A DNA stretch of 64,000 nucleotides from Eledone cirrhosa (taxonomy: Eukaryota). The stretch covers positions 397,792,001-397,856,000 of the forward strand of contig OZ024740.1 of NCBI GenBank assembly GCA_964016885.1. Direction: 5' to 3'. Made by a program: the position numbers and the translations under genes. The notes under the pieces are model-generated. The model did not search any database. It saw only the letters and a list, made by a program, of their open reading frames with translations, and was not told where the DNA came from. The stretch's first letter is position 1. The number at the start of each line of letters is the position of its first letter. This document shows, piece after piece, positions 51,961 through 64,000 of the stretch.

Positions 51961-52174
51961 GACTGCGTCTAAAACTATTGGTTGCCAGTAGATGAAGGGG
52001 GCCCACCTACATATAGAATGCTATCATTTAATTTTTATAATGAATAAATAACATTTTCAAAAAATACATAAGTGGAAACAAAACAATGCAACCAAATTTT
52101 TGCGAAAAAATATCTTACCTTCTCCAATAAAAAATATGTATTTTGCGAAATCCAGAGACTTTCAATAATGACCA

Positions 52175-52680
52175 GAAGTCGACCCTAAATAGTACTAATA
52201 GACCACATAGGAATAATAAGGTTGTTACCAAAGGGCCAGAAGATTAACAAGTCAACCCTAAATATTACTCTAGGAAAGCCATGAACGACACCATGAACGA
52301 CATCTTTTAAACTTTAATTTTGAAAGTAGGTTTATAATTATCAATTTTCATTGTACTTTTATAGCTGTCTCGGTAGCCTAGTTGGAGGAATCATAGCCGT
52401 TGGTGATCCTGGTCTGAAGTTCGATCCTGTTCGGGAGTAGGGTTCCTGGTAAACCTCTTCAGTTTTTTTCTATTGGTTGTAAAATAAAAACTGACCAGGA
52501 TCGAACCCATGGTCAGGATCTCCACCGTCTCTAGTACCTACCGCTAGGCCACAGAGACAACTACGAAATTTTTACGAAAATTCATACTTATAAACCTACT
52601 TTAAACATTTTCAAAACAAAATGATGGGGTGTCGTTCATGTCATTCTTAATGTTATTGCTCCTACTTAAGGTCGACTTCT
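52175..52680. repeat. About 500 nt fold-back element with tRNA-like A/B boxes; second copy 52967-53393
   Basis: gaagtcgacc/ggtcgacttc, catgaacgacacc/ggtgtcgttcatg, aaagtaggtttataa/ttataaacctacttt, gttcgatcctg/caggatcgaac. Confidence 0.8.
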
Positions 52681-53412
52681 AAATCATTTGGGTGTTCCAT
52701 AAACTACATCCTCGTTTTGTTTCTCATCTATCTAGACTATATTTTAACCTGTAACCAATGTTTCATTTCTGTTGCACCTCATTTCTCCCACTCTCTCTTT
52801 CTCTCTGTGATATTTGAATTTACTATGATTTGGGCTTACGGTGTTCATATATACTGTTTATGTTTTAGCATGTCTGTTAGATTCAAACTTACAATGATTG
52901 GCATTATATATATATATATCCTTTGTTTGTTAAAATAATCAATTTAAATTAATTCAACAGTTAAACACACATGGGAATAATAAGGTTATTACCAAAGAGC
53001 CAGAGGATTGACAAGTCGACTCTAAATATGACTAATAGCTCTAGGAAAGACATGAACGACACAACAGCTTTGTAGCTTTGATTTTGAAAGTACGTTTATA
53101 ATTATTAATTTTCATCATGCTATTGTAACTGTCTCGGTGGCCTAGTTGGAGGAAACATAGACGGTGGTGATCCTGGTCTGAAGTTCGATCTTGGTCGGGA
53201 GTAGGGCTCACGGTAAACCTTTTCAGTTTTTTTTCTTTGGGATGTAAAATAAAAACTGAAAAAGATTACATGTACCTCTCGACCAGGATTGAACCCAAGA
53301 CCAGGAACTCCACCACCCCTAGTATCCACCGCTAGTCCACTGAGACAGCTACGGAAATCATATGAAAATTTATACTTATAAAGCTACTTTCAATATATAT
53401 ATATATGTATAT

Positions 53413-55532
53413 AGTGTAATTAGAGTGTGTAACTAATGAAGAATTACACACTCTAATTACACTTAGGTGGATCTTTGCATATCTACACTATTAGATTCAG
53501 TTTCCTTTCTTCCTTAGGTTATCCAAATATTTTCACTCTTGTTAAACATACATAGTACCGGAGATAGTGTGGTATCTGTCAGGGTTGACGAAGTAGAGGT
53601 TTCCAGTTTTGTCCGAGTGCACCATGATGTCGTTGGTGTTTTCATACTCGGTTATTTTGCTACGGAGTTGTTGTAGGAATCTGTTGTGTCTGGGTTTGAA
53701 TTTAATGCTCTTGACCAGGTGGAAAAAGTCGTTCTCGAAGGGTGAGAGCATAGGGTTCGGAGGGGGAGATTTGTAGGTATTGAATCCGAATCTCTCCTTG
53801 GTGTCGAAGTCCTGATTGTTGCGGTATCTATCGTAGAAAAAAGTTCTCCATCTTAGTCTTTTCGCAAAAAGGTCGATTTTTTTAACCTGGTTAAAAACAT
53901 CTCCCTCCGCATATCTCGCTAGTCCGCTAATGAGCAGATATTCGACGAACACGCGCCTCATTACAACCAGGCTCTCAAGCGGAGTGGCTTCCGGGAGGAA
54001 ATATCCTTTTATCCAGCTTCCCTTAGCGGAACCAGTAGGCGACACCGCCGCTCACGCAACGTAACGTGGTTCAATCCTCCCCATAATGCCGAGGTGGCAA
54101 CACCTATCGGAAAAATCTTCTTTAGACTCCTCGAAAAACACTTCCCACTACAACACCGCTACCACAACATAATCAATAAAAACACCATCAAACTCTCCTA
54201 CAGCACCACACCTAACTTCGCACAAAACATCGTCTCCTCAAACAACAAAAAACTCAACCCCTATGGAAGAAATAACCTAGACATCAGTAGAGAGCCGACC
54301 AGGAGGTGTAACTGCCCTGATAGATCTACGTGCCCCCTCAACAACAGATGCAGAGAACGTAACGTGATCTACCAGTTCAACGTGAGGACGGACACCTCCA
54401 ACAAAGCTTATATAGGATTAACCGCGTGTGACTTCAAGACCCGGCTCTACCAATACCGTCATACTTTCCGAAACCCGGTCCGGCGACATGCCACTACACT
54501 TTCGGGCCACATCTGGGACCTCCAAGATAATGATATAACCTACAATCTCACTTGGAGCTTACTTTCCAGAGCTAACTCTTACACGGGAGGACGCCGTCCG
54601 TGTAACTTATGCTCGGAGGAAACATTACAAATGCTGTTTTCGAAGGACCAACTCCTAAACAAGAAAGACGAACTAGTAACCGCATGCAAACACAGATTGC
54701 GTAGGACTTACCTCGCCCTCAAACCCCATAACGACCCGGGTGGGTAGACAAGGGCTGACCCCCCAACTTGCCGAATAAGTTAGAGGAAACCCCAGCTTAC
54801 ATAGGTAGTTGTATCTCTTTTCTTTTCCTCTTTGTCTTCTTCTTCCCTCTGTCTCATCCTATCACTTCCTTCCACCCACTATTTTCTTCCTCGTCTGCTT
54901 TTCCCCTTTCGCCTACCCCGATGCACCCCATCGGGCCTCTGTAGCATCAGTTCCCCCACCCCTGTAATTTTAAGATAGATTTAGCCTAATACGTTTTACC
55001 AACTACTTATAGCAGAGGAGTTAAACCCCTTTAATTTTGTATCAGTTTTGTAATTTCTACTCTCAACTTTCTATTCTCAACCTATTAACCTGTAATTGTA
55101 AGATAGCATTGTGATTTTTTTTATTCATTTCTCACTATCTAACTTTATATATTTTTTTTATTTCTTTCTATTATCTTTTATTGTCTCCTACTCTCATTCG
55201 ATTTACCTATTCTATAACCTCCCTCCTCCACTTCATACACTATCCTTAGATTCTGCTGTATACATATCACTTTCAACGCCTAACCGCTCCACTCACTCCC
55301 CTATTGTTCTACAGGCAAGTTCAGCCACCCCTACCTCCCACCAAATGCCATGATAGACTTATTTGTGTTTACAACAAATTTTAACCAATTCTCTTGACAA
55401 CTACAATCTTCCCATATAAGGAAGTACCCCCTTGACAAGTTCGGTTATTTATTCACCAGGCTAAAAATTCTAATTTAGTTCAGAAATAGCCGTCGAAACG
55501 GCTTGAGCTCTGCCGTCGGGGTTATACTGTTT

Positions 55533-55540
<8 letters not shown>
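53413..55540. mobile_element. Penelope-like element with 5' inversion: N-terminal part on minus (about 53540-53905), GIY-YIG C-terminus on plus (about 53905-54747)
   Basis: KRLRWRTFF, PFENDF and SDKTGNLY on minus. WFNPP, KLSYST, CNC..CPL..C..NVIY..AYIGLT..FKTR and CNLC..E..LLNKKDEL..CKH on plus. Confidence 0.9.
55414..55538 (+). ncRNA. Degenerate type I hammerhead at the Penelope 3' end
   Basis: CCCC(C) UUGACAA, stem II CGGUUAUUU/AAAUAGCCG, GAAA CGGC..GCCG UC GGGG. The core differs from CUGACGA at two positions. Confidence 0.6.
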
Positions 55541-55565
<25 letters not shown>

Positions 55566-55582
55566 GTATGTATATATATATA

Positions 55583-55629
<47 letters not shown>

Positions 55630-55630
55630 A

Positions 55631-55676
<46 letters not shown>

Positions 55677-55702
55677 AATATATATATATGTGTGTGTGTG
55701 TA

Positions 55703-55744
<42 letters not shown>

Positions 55745-56341
55745 AATATATATATATCAGGTCATTAAGTACGAAATGTCCGATATTTCGGATTGAAAGA
55801 GCTCGAGGAAATGATTGTATGTATATGTTTATATGTTTTCATAAATATGTGTGCGTGCATGTGAGTTAACACAAAGAACAATAACAACAGCAATAATAAC
55901 ATCAAGCATATATTTTTAAAATAAATTAAATAATTTATTATTTCTATTGGATTCTTTAAAAATAATAATTATAATAATGATAAAGACAAATTTTCAAAAA
56001 ATGAGTTGGTAGATTTCTGTCTTTCTGTTTCTTGTTTCTTTGTTATTTAAATGAAAATAACTTCAATGTTTGACAATAGTTGCCCCCTGAGTGACAGCAG
56101 CTGGCAGGAATAAAATTTAAACGAGATCGATAAAAAAAAAATTATAAAAAAAACAAAAAAAAAACAAACAAACAAGAAACAAACAAAAAACGTAATTTAA
56201 AAGTTATATATATCCATGATAGTTGAATGTATGTAATTTATATATCTTGTTTGATAATGCCATCTGCTATTCTAACTTTGGGTGTGAGTTGTTTCTTCTT
56301 TTATAATTAAATATATAAGTATATAATATCTATAAAAAAAT

Positions 56342-56545
56342 AATTGTATTTTCTAATTTAGGCACAAGGCCAGCAATTTTGAGGTGATGGGAAAGTCGAT
56401 TAAATCGAGCCCAGTACAGTACTTGACTATTACTAAATTTTATCGACCCCAGAAGGATGAAAAGTAAGGTTGACCTTGGCAGGATTTGAACTGGGAATGT
56501 ATAGAACCGTTACAAATGCCGCAAAGCATTTTGTCCGACGCTGTA
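56342..56545 (-). mobile_element. SINE family A, older subfamily
   Basis: ggcacaaggccagcaatt...atcgaccccagaaggatgaaa..ggatttgaact. Confidence 0.85.
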
Positions 56546-56868
56546 AAAATATAATCCTATAAATTAGTAAAAATATAAACAAAAGACAAGTGAATTGAAA
56601 TGATCGTTGTGATAATGGGAATTATAATTGACAATACAATAAATAACGGAAGGCGGTAAATATAATAAAATCTTTGTGACTGTTTGATAAAAGGAATAAG
56701 AAAAAAAAATTCTTCGACGGAATATAAATATTTGAAGATTTATGTATTTTTTTCTTTCCTAATCCTAAATTACCAGAGATCATTTTAAAGGGCGTATTCG
56801 GTACATCACATCATGGTATCTTGACTACTTTCAGAGTACAAGAGCGCATAAACATACACATAGATATA

Positions 56869-56936
<68 letters not shown>

Positions 56937-57097
56937 GGGTTGCAAAAATAATGTTTTTGTCATGAGGAAAAAAATTAATCATAAAGGCAATTGGTAGTGG
57001 TGATATATATTTATATATATATATATATATATAAATATATATATGTATATATATATATATAAATGTATGTATATATACATATATACATACATATATA

Positions 57098-57137
<40 letters not shown>

Positions 57138-57213
57138 GGTGGTGCTCCAGCATGGCCTCAGCCAGTCGGTTGGAACAGGTATAAGATTAATATATATATA
57201 TGTGCGTGTGCGT

Positions 57214-57257
<44 letters not shown>

Positions 57258-57557
57258 ATAAAATAACGCTGGTTCTGATGATGATACCAAAGTTTGTGAT
57301 GGTGATGATGATGATAACAAGGAGGAGGAAGGCGATAATGGCAAGGATGAATGCGATGATGTTAACAACAAATGATTATATTTAACAAAGTTCATTTGAC
57401 TAGGCACGAAGTAAAATGTTTCCTAAAAACGTGGGGTATAATCGATTGAATATGCCTGAATAATCTATTGGTTCTTGGATTTCATCTAACCTGGTTGACA
57501 CATACAGAGGTTGGTAACGGCGGGTTTTTACATTGGAGCCAAGAAGAGTTAGACTAA

Positions 57558-57856
57558 ATATTGTAATGCTCTCCCAGCGAACGTCACTGAAACCGAGAAG
57601 GCTGGGAGTGAGAACACATATTGTAATGCTGTCTCAGCTAACATCATTTTGAAACCAAGAAAGGTGGGAGTGAGAACACATATTGTAATGCTGTCTCAGC
57701 TAACATCATTTTGAAACCAAGAAAGGTGGGAGTGAGAACACATATTGTAATGCTGTGTCAGCTAACATCATTTTGAAACCAAGAAAGGTGGGTGTGAGAT
57801 CACATATTGTAATGCTGTCTCAGCAAATGCCAATCTGGAACTAAAAGGGGTGAGAA
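57558..57856. repeat. About 62 nt minisatellite, about 5 copies
   Basis: catattgtaatgctgtctcagctaacatcattttgaaaccaagaaaggtgggagtgagaaca repeated in tandem. Confidence 0.92.
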
Positions 57857-58266
57857 TTTGTGGAGTTAATCATTTAGTTCTACAAAGTCTCTTGAGCGCG
57901 GCACATTGGTGTCCTTTTCGCCTGTTCAAGGGGTAAAGTAGGATAGAGTACTTGTTCCTATGCTATTGCAATATTTCTGTGAGCTGTGCTTGAAAATCAT
58001 CGCCAGTCAGTTCACAGGTGGAGTGTATATCTACATTTAGGCTAAGGTTCGCTAGGGAAGAACTGCGATATGTATATCCACAAACTTATCTTCTCTGATG
58101 AGTGGCATTACTTTGAATAAGCAGCGACAGCCTTTGACATATTGGTTAACATGATATGAAGAAGAATTGAAATGGTGAATTAACCTGAACTTCTCTGAAC
58201 CTTTAATTTTTACCTTTATATAAATAAAAACTCACACACACACAGCACATACATAGATACATACAT

Positions 58267-58311
<45 letters not shown>

Positions 58312-60705
58312 CATACATAAACAGATACATACACACACACACACGTGTGCGTTTGTAATACTGGAGTTTGTATGTGATTGAATGAGTATATTTACGTATG
58401 AGTAGATGTGACTATTTGAGCAAGTGGAGAAAAGGTAAAAGAAAAAGATAAAGGAAGACTGAGTGTATATGTGTATACTTGTGTGAAGGGGGAATGAAAA
58501 AGAGTGGAAGACTAAGATTGCACTGTAGTTAATTAGCTGTATTGTTTTGGCTTCCCTTATTAGCACCATTATATATTTCTGACAACAGTCTATGGCACTG
58601 TCGAAAAAGAGGACAGGAAATGCTTCCTCGTGGCTTGGCGGATATGAAATTAGAGATAGACTTGGTGTTGGAATTGATACATGATGACAACTGGTTCAGA
58701 TGTTAGGTATTCACTCGTGTTGAAAAAATTTAACTTCTATTATGATTCCATTCATATCCAATATACATTGTAAGAATAGGAGTCAACTTTAGTATTTGAT
58801 TGGTGTTATCAGTAACGGATTTAGGTCTCACAAAAATTAAGTCTTTTAATTGTTTCAAGTTTTCTGTAGATTGTGAGGTTGTAGCTTAATTTTTAGCTTC
58901 TGTTTACAGTTGTCACTGACTGATATTTTATTTTGTTGATATATATATATGTGACTTGAACACAGAACATCTAGGCCTGTATCTTAATACTGCAAAACAT
59001 TTTGTTCCCTATTCTAACGATTCCACCAACCTACCATCGATTAAAAAATATATATAAACATTTGCTGTTGTTTAGCACCAATTCAGACCAGATTGAGCAA
59101 GAAATACGACCAAAGGTATTCTAATCACAACCATCTAGTCTTTTTATATATCTAGAGGTACATTGTCCGAGGTTGCCTTCCATTTTAAAGACAGTAAGGT
59201 TTGATTTGAATGAGCTTTGGTTGTTATTTCTAGCAGGTCGGCTGACAAGCCCTCTGCATCGAGGTTCACTTGTTGGTTCAGGCTGTTTCGTTGACAAGTG
59301 TCAATGTAGTTTTATTTATTTATTTGTTTGTTATCTAATTCTCAAGCAGCGATTATTTCAACATGTATTTGAACCTCTGTTTATGCAGTTCTAAATTGAA
59401 TCTTTGTACAATAAATTTGCATTTCGAGTCAAATACTACATGAAATTACATGGTAAATGATGTTTAAAAGACTTAAAACGCTCATAAAATGTTAAAAATA
59501 GCAATAAAAATGTTTTTCAGACTTAACTCAGAGAATATCCAATACTTGGTCATGGCAACTGCCTAAAAACAATATATAAAGTGAATTGCCGGACTTTTGG
59601 TGACCAGAAGTGTGTAATCAATGGAGGAGCAGCCCTATTATGAGTCTGGTATCATTTCACTGGTAGATGATAATTGAACTGAGGCAATAGAGAGTAGGGT
59701 GTCTTGAGATGGTGATGGATTTTCTTTGGTTTGTAAGAGTGGTTAGTGCAGAAGTGATACGCGATAGCGAGGAGAGTGTGTTTGTGAGCCAGAGATTCAC
59801 TAACCTGAGGTAATTTGCATTAGCTGTATTTGTTAATACATATAATACATGCTTTTGCTACTAAAAATGAGGACAATGTTAAAGACAACTACAGTGGTGG
59901 TGATAGGGATTATTATTGTTGTTGTGGTTGTTGTCGCTGCTGTTGTTGTTGTTGGTGTTGTTGTTGTGGTTGTTGCTGTCGTTGTTGTTATTTTTGTTGA
60001 TAATCTTATTATTATTATGATAATGATGATGGTGTCGAATGATAAAGATGAAGATAACAATTATCGCAGCACCGTCGTCATATATAGACTTGCTTAAATT
60101 GTGGATGATATATAGATAAAAATCAATAAAATAATATCGACGAAAGTGACGAAAATTATGCCGATGATGATTATGAAAAGAAGAAAAAAACCGATTACAA
60201 TGAGAGCGACAATGATACATGATAAATATGTTGACCAGATGAAGGATTGTTACAACAACGATGACGACATTGGTCGGTAAATATGTGGAAGATGTTAATT
60301 TTGGCATGAGTAGATACGAGAAGTCATTATATGAAGAGCATTAGGTTAAATGAAAGGTGGTGATGGTGTTGGCATTAGTATTGATAGTAATGATAATAGT
60401 TGAGGCTGCTATGGTAGATTATTTGGATTTCAATTTAGCAGCATCGATTCCAAATGATATATTTAGACAAACAGATGAAAGTAAATAAACAATTTTTGAA
60501 GATAGAAAGATAACAAAAAAAAAAAAGGCAATGCTGTTCATTGACCATGTAGAAACATGTATTTATATATGAATATATGCATGTATATTAATATATATAT
60601 ACAAACACACATGTATACAGACATATATATGTATGAATATATGTATGTCGATATACTCGTGGTATATGAGATCATTTATATGCATATATGTATACATAAA
60701 TACAG

Positions 60706-60778
<73 letters not shown>

Positions 60779-60870
60779 TACGCATATATATTTTTTTACG
60801 AAAGCGTAGGGGGTATGTATTTCTTTTCATTTTTCTTTCTCGTGATAGTGCAAACACACACGCACACACA

Positions 60871-60929
<59 letters not shown>

Positions 60930-61200
60930 GCACACGCATATATGCGCACAGGTACACACACACACAAACATCAAGTAAACCTTCATTTGAAAGGACATAG
61001 AAAAGGAGAACAGGTTATTCAACGGGACACAACTCCAAGTTAATTGTCCTCATAAAGTCTTATATCATATATATTAAATCAATAGCCGTTCATATGTGAA
61101 AATAAAAAAAATAATATGCGAAAAACTAGCTGTGTTTAAATTTGATTGACTGATATATTATCTGTGTACAATTCTAAAAACTGCGAACTATATATATATA

Positions 61201-61387
61201 ATTGTTTCTACGGTTGGCACAAGGCCAGCAATTACCCAGTGCATTACTGGTACTTTATTTTATCGACCCCGTAAGGATGAAAGGCAAAGTTAACCTCGGC
61301 GGGATTTGAACTCAGAATGGAAAGGGCTGTAACTCTATGCGTCAAAGCATGGCGTCCGACCCTCTACTGATACTGCCAATTCACCGC
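61201..61387 (-). mobile_element. SINE family A with apparent target-site duplication
   Basis: Consensus match; gcgaactatatatatatataat is present on both sides. Confidence 0.9.
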
Positions 61388-61594
61388 GAACTATATATAT
61401 ATAATGTTGGCCGCGGCTGCTTCGAAGAATCGATCTCCATATCTTCTAAGATATTGAGTTCGATATATGCTAGCGGCCGCTGTCAATTTTTCCGTCTCTA
61501 AGGGATTTTAACTGATTTTTATAAGCTATCTTATAGCAAATGACTTTAATTGTATTTATTTTCTGCACTTGAGCACCCCACATCTTCTTATGAC

Positions 61595-61629
<35 letters not shown>

Positions 61630-61636
61630 ATATATG

Positions 61637-61667
<31 letters not shown>

Positions 61668-61868
61668 GTGTACATACAGAGGACGAAATAAGATTTTTAT
61701 GACTTTTCAAAATTATTTACTCTCCCTGTATAATATAATATAATATATATATTTATGTATCTAGCATATATATATATATTTCTCTCCATCTCTTCTTTTT
61801 AATTGTTTGCCTGTAGGTATTTCGTAATGTTTACTGAGGTTGGATATCTAAACAAAAATAATTAAACA

Positions 61869-61931
<63 letters not shown>

Positions 61932-62540
61932 CTTTCTGCGCTCATTTTTAAACAAACTATTTACGTACATATATTACGCACACATATTACATTACATAAA
62001 AACAAACTTAAACACTAACTAATTCCTCTAAACTCATAACTCATTCATTCTTTTACTTCTTTTCACATTATATCCTTAATAACATTAATATTTTTATTTT
62101 AATAATACATATTAATAATTTCTTTTCCTCGTACATATTATTAAACCCTTCAATATACAAACCTTAATTTAATATTATTCTTAATCCCTTTTTCTCTTCA
62201 TGCATAAACCTCATTAACTTTTAATTTCAAATTCTTTTAAATTATCTATTATCCTCCAACGGCTTTTTAACTTCTCTCTGTGAGACAATATATATTTTTT
62301 TCTCAGTTGTAAAGGCTATCTCTCTCTCTCTATCACCCACCCATCTCTCCTCCTCTCTCATCCTTTCTTCTTATACTCCTCCCCTACCATTCTTTACTCT
62401 CATCTCCTCCTCTTCCTTACCTTTTCCAATCCCCCCTCACTTTTTCCCAATCTCATACATCAATCTTAAATTATTTTTCATATGTTGATTTAAAACTTCA
62501 CTATTCACAAGTTTTTTTTAAGCTTCATATCATGTATCCC

Positions 62541-62611
62541 TATTTTATCTGATGAAAACGCAGATATCATCCCATGATGATATTTGTTTTTGAAATGCGC
62601 ATAATAAAATA
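62541..62611 (+). ncRNA. Minimal type I hammerhead ribozyme (Penelope type)
   Basis: UAUUUUAU CUGAUGA ..CAGAUAUCAU loop AUGAUAUUUG.. GAAA U GCGC A UA AUAAAAUA; palindromic stem III; follows a pyrimidine-rich tract. Confidence 0.8.
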
Positions 62612-62639
62612 CTTGGAACTCTTTTAACCATCTTTTGAT

Positions 62640-62693
<54 letters not shown>

Positions 62694-63289
62694 GTAAAAA
62701 AAAAAAAAGACATTGTTTGTAATAGAAGCATGCAACATGTTTTGATTTAGTTAATGCTTCTATATCGACTAGAGAATCTTTTGACTGGAGCATGAATACT
62801 CTGTTGGTGACTTTGTACAGTAGTAAATAGAGGTACATCCTTTTTTTGTGTGTGATTTTAAAAGACAAAAATGGAAACATTGTGTTTTTAAAAGACAAAA
62901 ATAGAAACATTATTGAAAATACAACGTTTGGAAGACAATAAACATACATGATTAAAAGAAAATATTTTAAAAAATAGATACAACAGTCGTTTTTTTCAGG
63001 CGAAAGAAATTGTACTATTACTGAGTGACACAATGACTGTTGTTGTTTAGTCCAGATCAACCCTGATCAAGAACAGCAATGGTCAACGACAGTCATTCCG
63101 TGTTTTATTGAAACACATTGTTTTTTTAAAAACTACATTAACCAATATGACCAGGATCAGAATTGAGAAGAGATCTGGTTGTTATTCATGTATTTACTCC
63201 ACATACATAAACATAATTATCATTATAACAATGTGGTATTTTCCTTCAAGTGATTGTTCATTTACTCAAATATTGAGCCGAAACAATTT

Positions 63290-63500
63290 TGCATGGCAAA
63301 TTATATAAAGAAGAACGTTTATTTATTTAGTTTTGCTCCTGTTCATAATCAGCATGACTTTAGCAAATGTTCTACTGGAACGGTGATGATGTTCATGATT
63401 AGGATGCTGAAAATGTCCATGATTATGAAATTACTTTTGTATTAAGTCATCAGCATAACTTCTGGAATGTTCCAGATGCTTAATTTTAGAAGAAAATAAT
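63290..63500 (-). mobile_element. Ancient L1/Tx1-like RT remnant
   Basis: Minus strand tatgctgatgac (YADD) followed about 100 nt later by acaggagcaaaactaaataaa (TGAKLNK). Confidence 0.4.
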
Positions 63501-63591
63501 TAAATATATTAGCTTTGGTCAGGATATTGCACATCTCATTTTTTTTATTGCTGTTTACCACGATTACATGCGTGTTATCAGTATTTACTTC

Positions 63592-63659
<68 letters not shown>

Positions 63660-63704
63660 TCTCTCACACACTCACTCATGTAAGTATGTATTTATGTATG
63701 TATA

Positions 63705-63744
<40 letters not shown>

Positions 63745-64000
63745 TATATACATGCCTCATAAACCTTCATATATACACGCAAGAAAAAAAAAATGCATAT
63801 GTATACTCAATCACGCATATATGCATTTGTACATATTGCATTGTACAGGAAACATATCTAGTTTCATTGTTAAGCGAGATCTTGAAATTAGGTGCTATTT
63901 TTTCCGGGCAGGTATAAGGCTCCCGATGTAAACAGGAAGGGGGAATGGGAAGTTGTAGTGGGTATGCTTTTGCCGTTGGCATTGTTAGGGCAAATGAAGT

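Noticed and set aside
53542-54045. 167 aa ORF as a single protein
   Set aside because: Chimeric across the Penelope inversion point; only the portion below about 53905 is genuine coding sense
57558-57856. Regularly spaced repeats resembling a CRISPR array
   Set aside because: The whole unit repeats with no unique spacers, there are no cas genes, and the context is eukaryotic
58090-58130. CTGATGAG motif (also at 40889 and 57275)
   Set aside because: No stem II-GAAA-stem III arrangement follows

Overview
Eukaryotic, AT-rich, microsatellite-saturated DNA with no recognisable host gene. The SINE content and repeat style suggest an octopus/cephalopod genome (inference). Most of the window is decayed retroelements: Tx1/L1-type LINEs (one near full length, 25.7-31.6 kb), a CR1-group LINE, four R4/Dong-type RLE fragments, RTE and CRE remnants, three Penelope-like elements with inverted segments, about 15 copies of one tRNA-derived SINE, and MITEs. 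A 4.1 kb GGT/TGT array lies at 5.9-10 kb. Nearly all listed short ORFs are microsatellite artefacts. The main unannotated signal is RNA-level. I read about ten type I hammerhead ribozyme motifs (CUGANGA...GAAA...UH with paired stems), some at Penelope 3' ends and two families in retrozyme-like units of 316 and 483 nt. I also found palindromes that appear to have folded back on hammerhead stem II, and a four-copy family carrying the hammerhead parts in a rearranged, non-circularly permuted order. All folds were read by eye and are untested.
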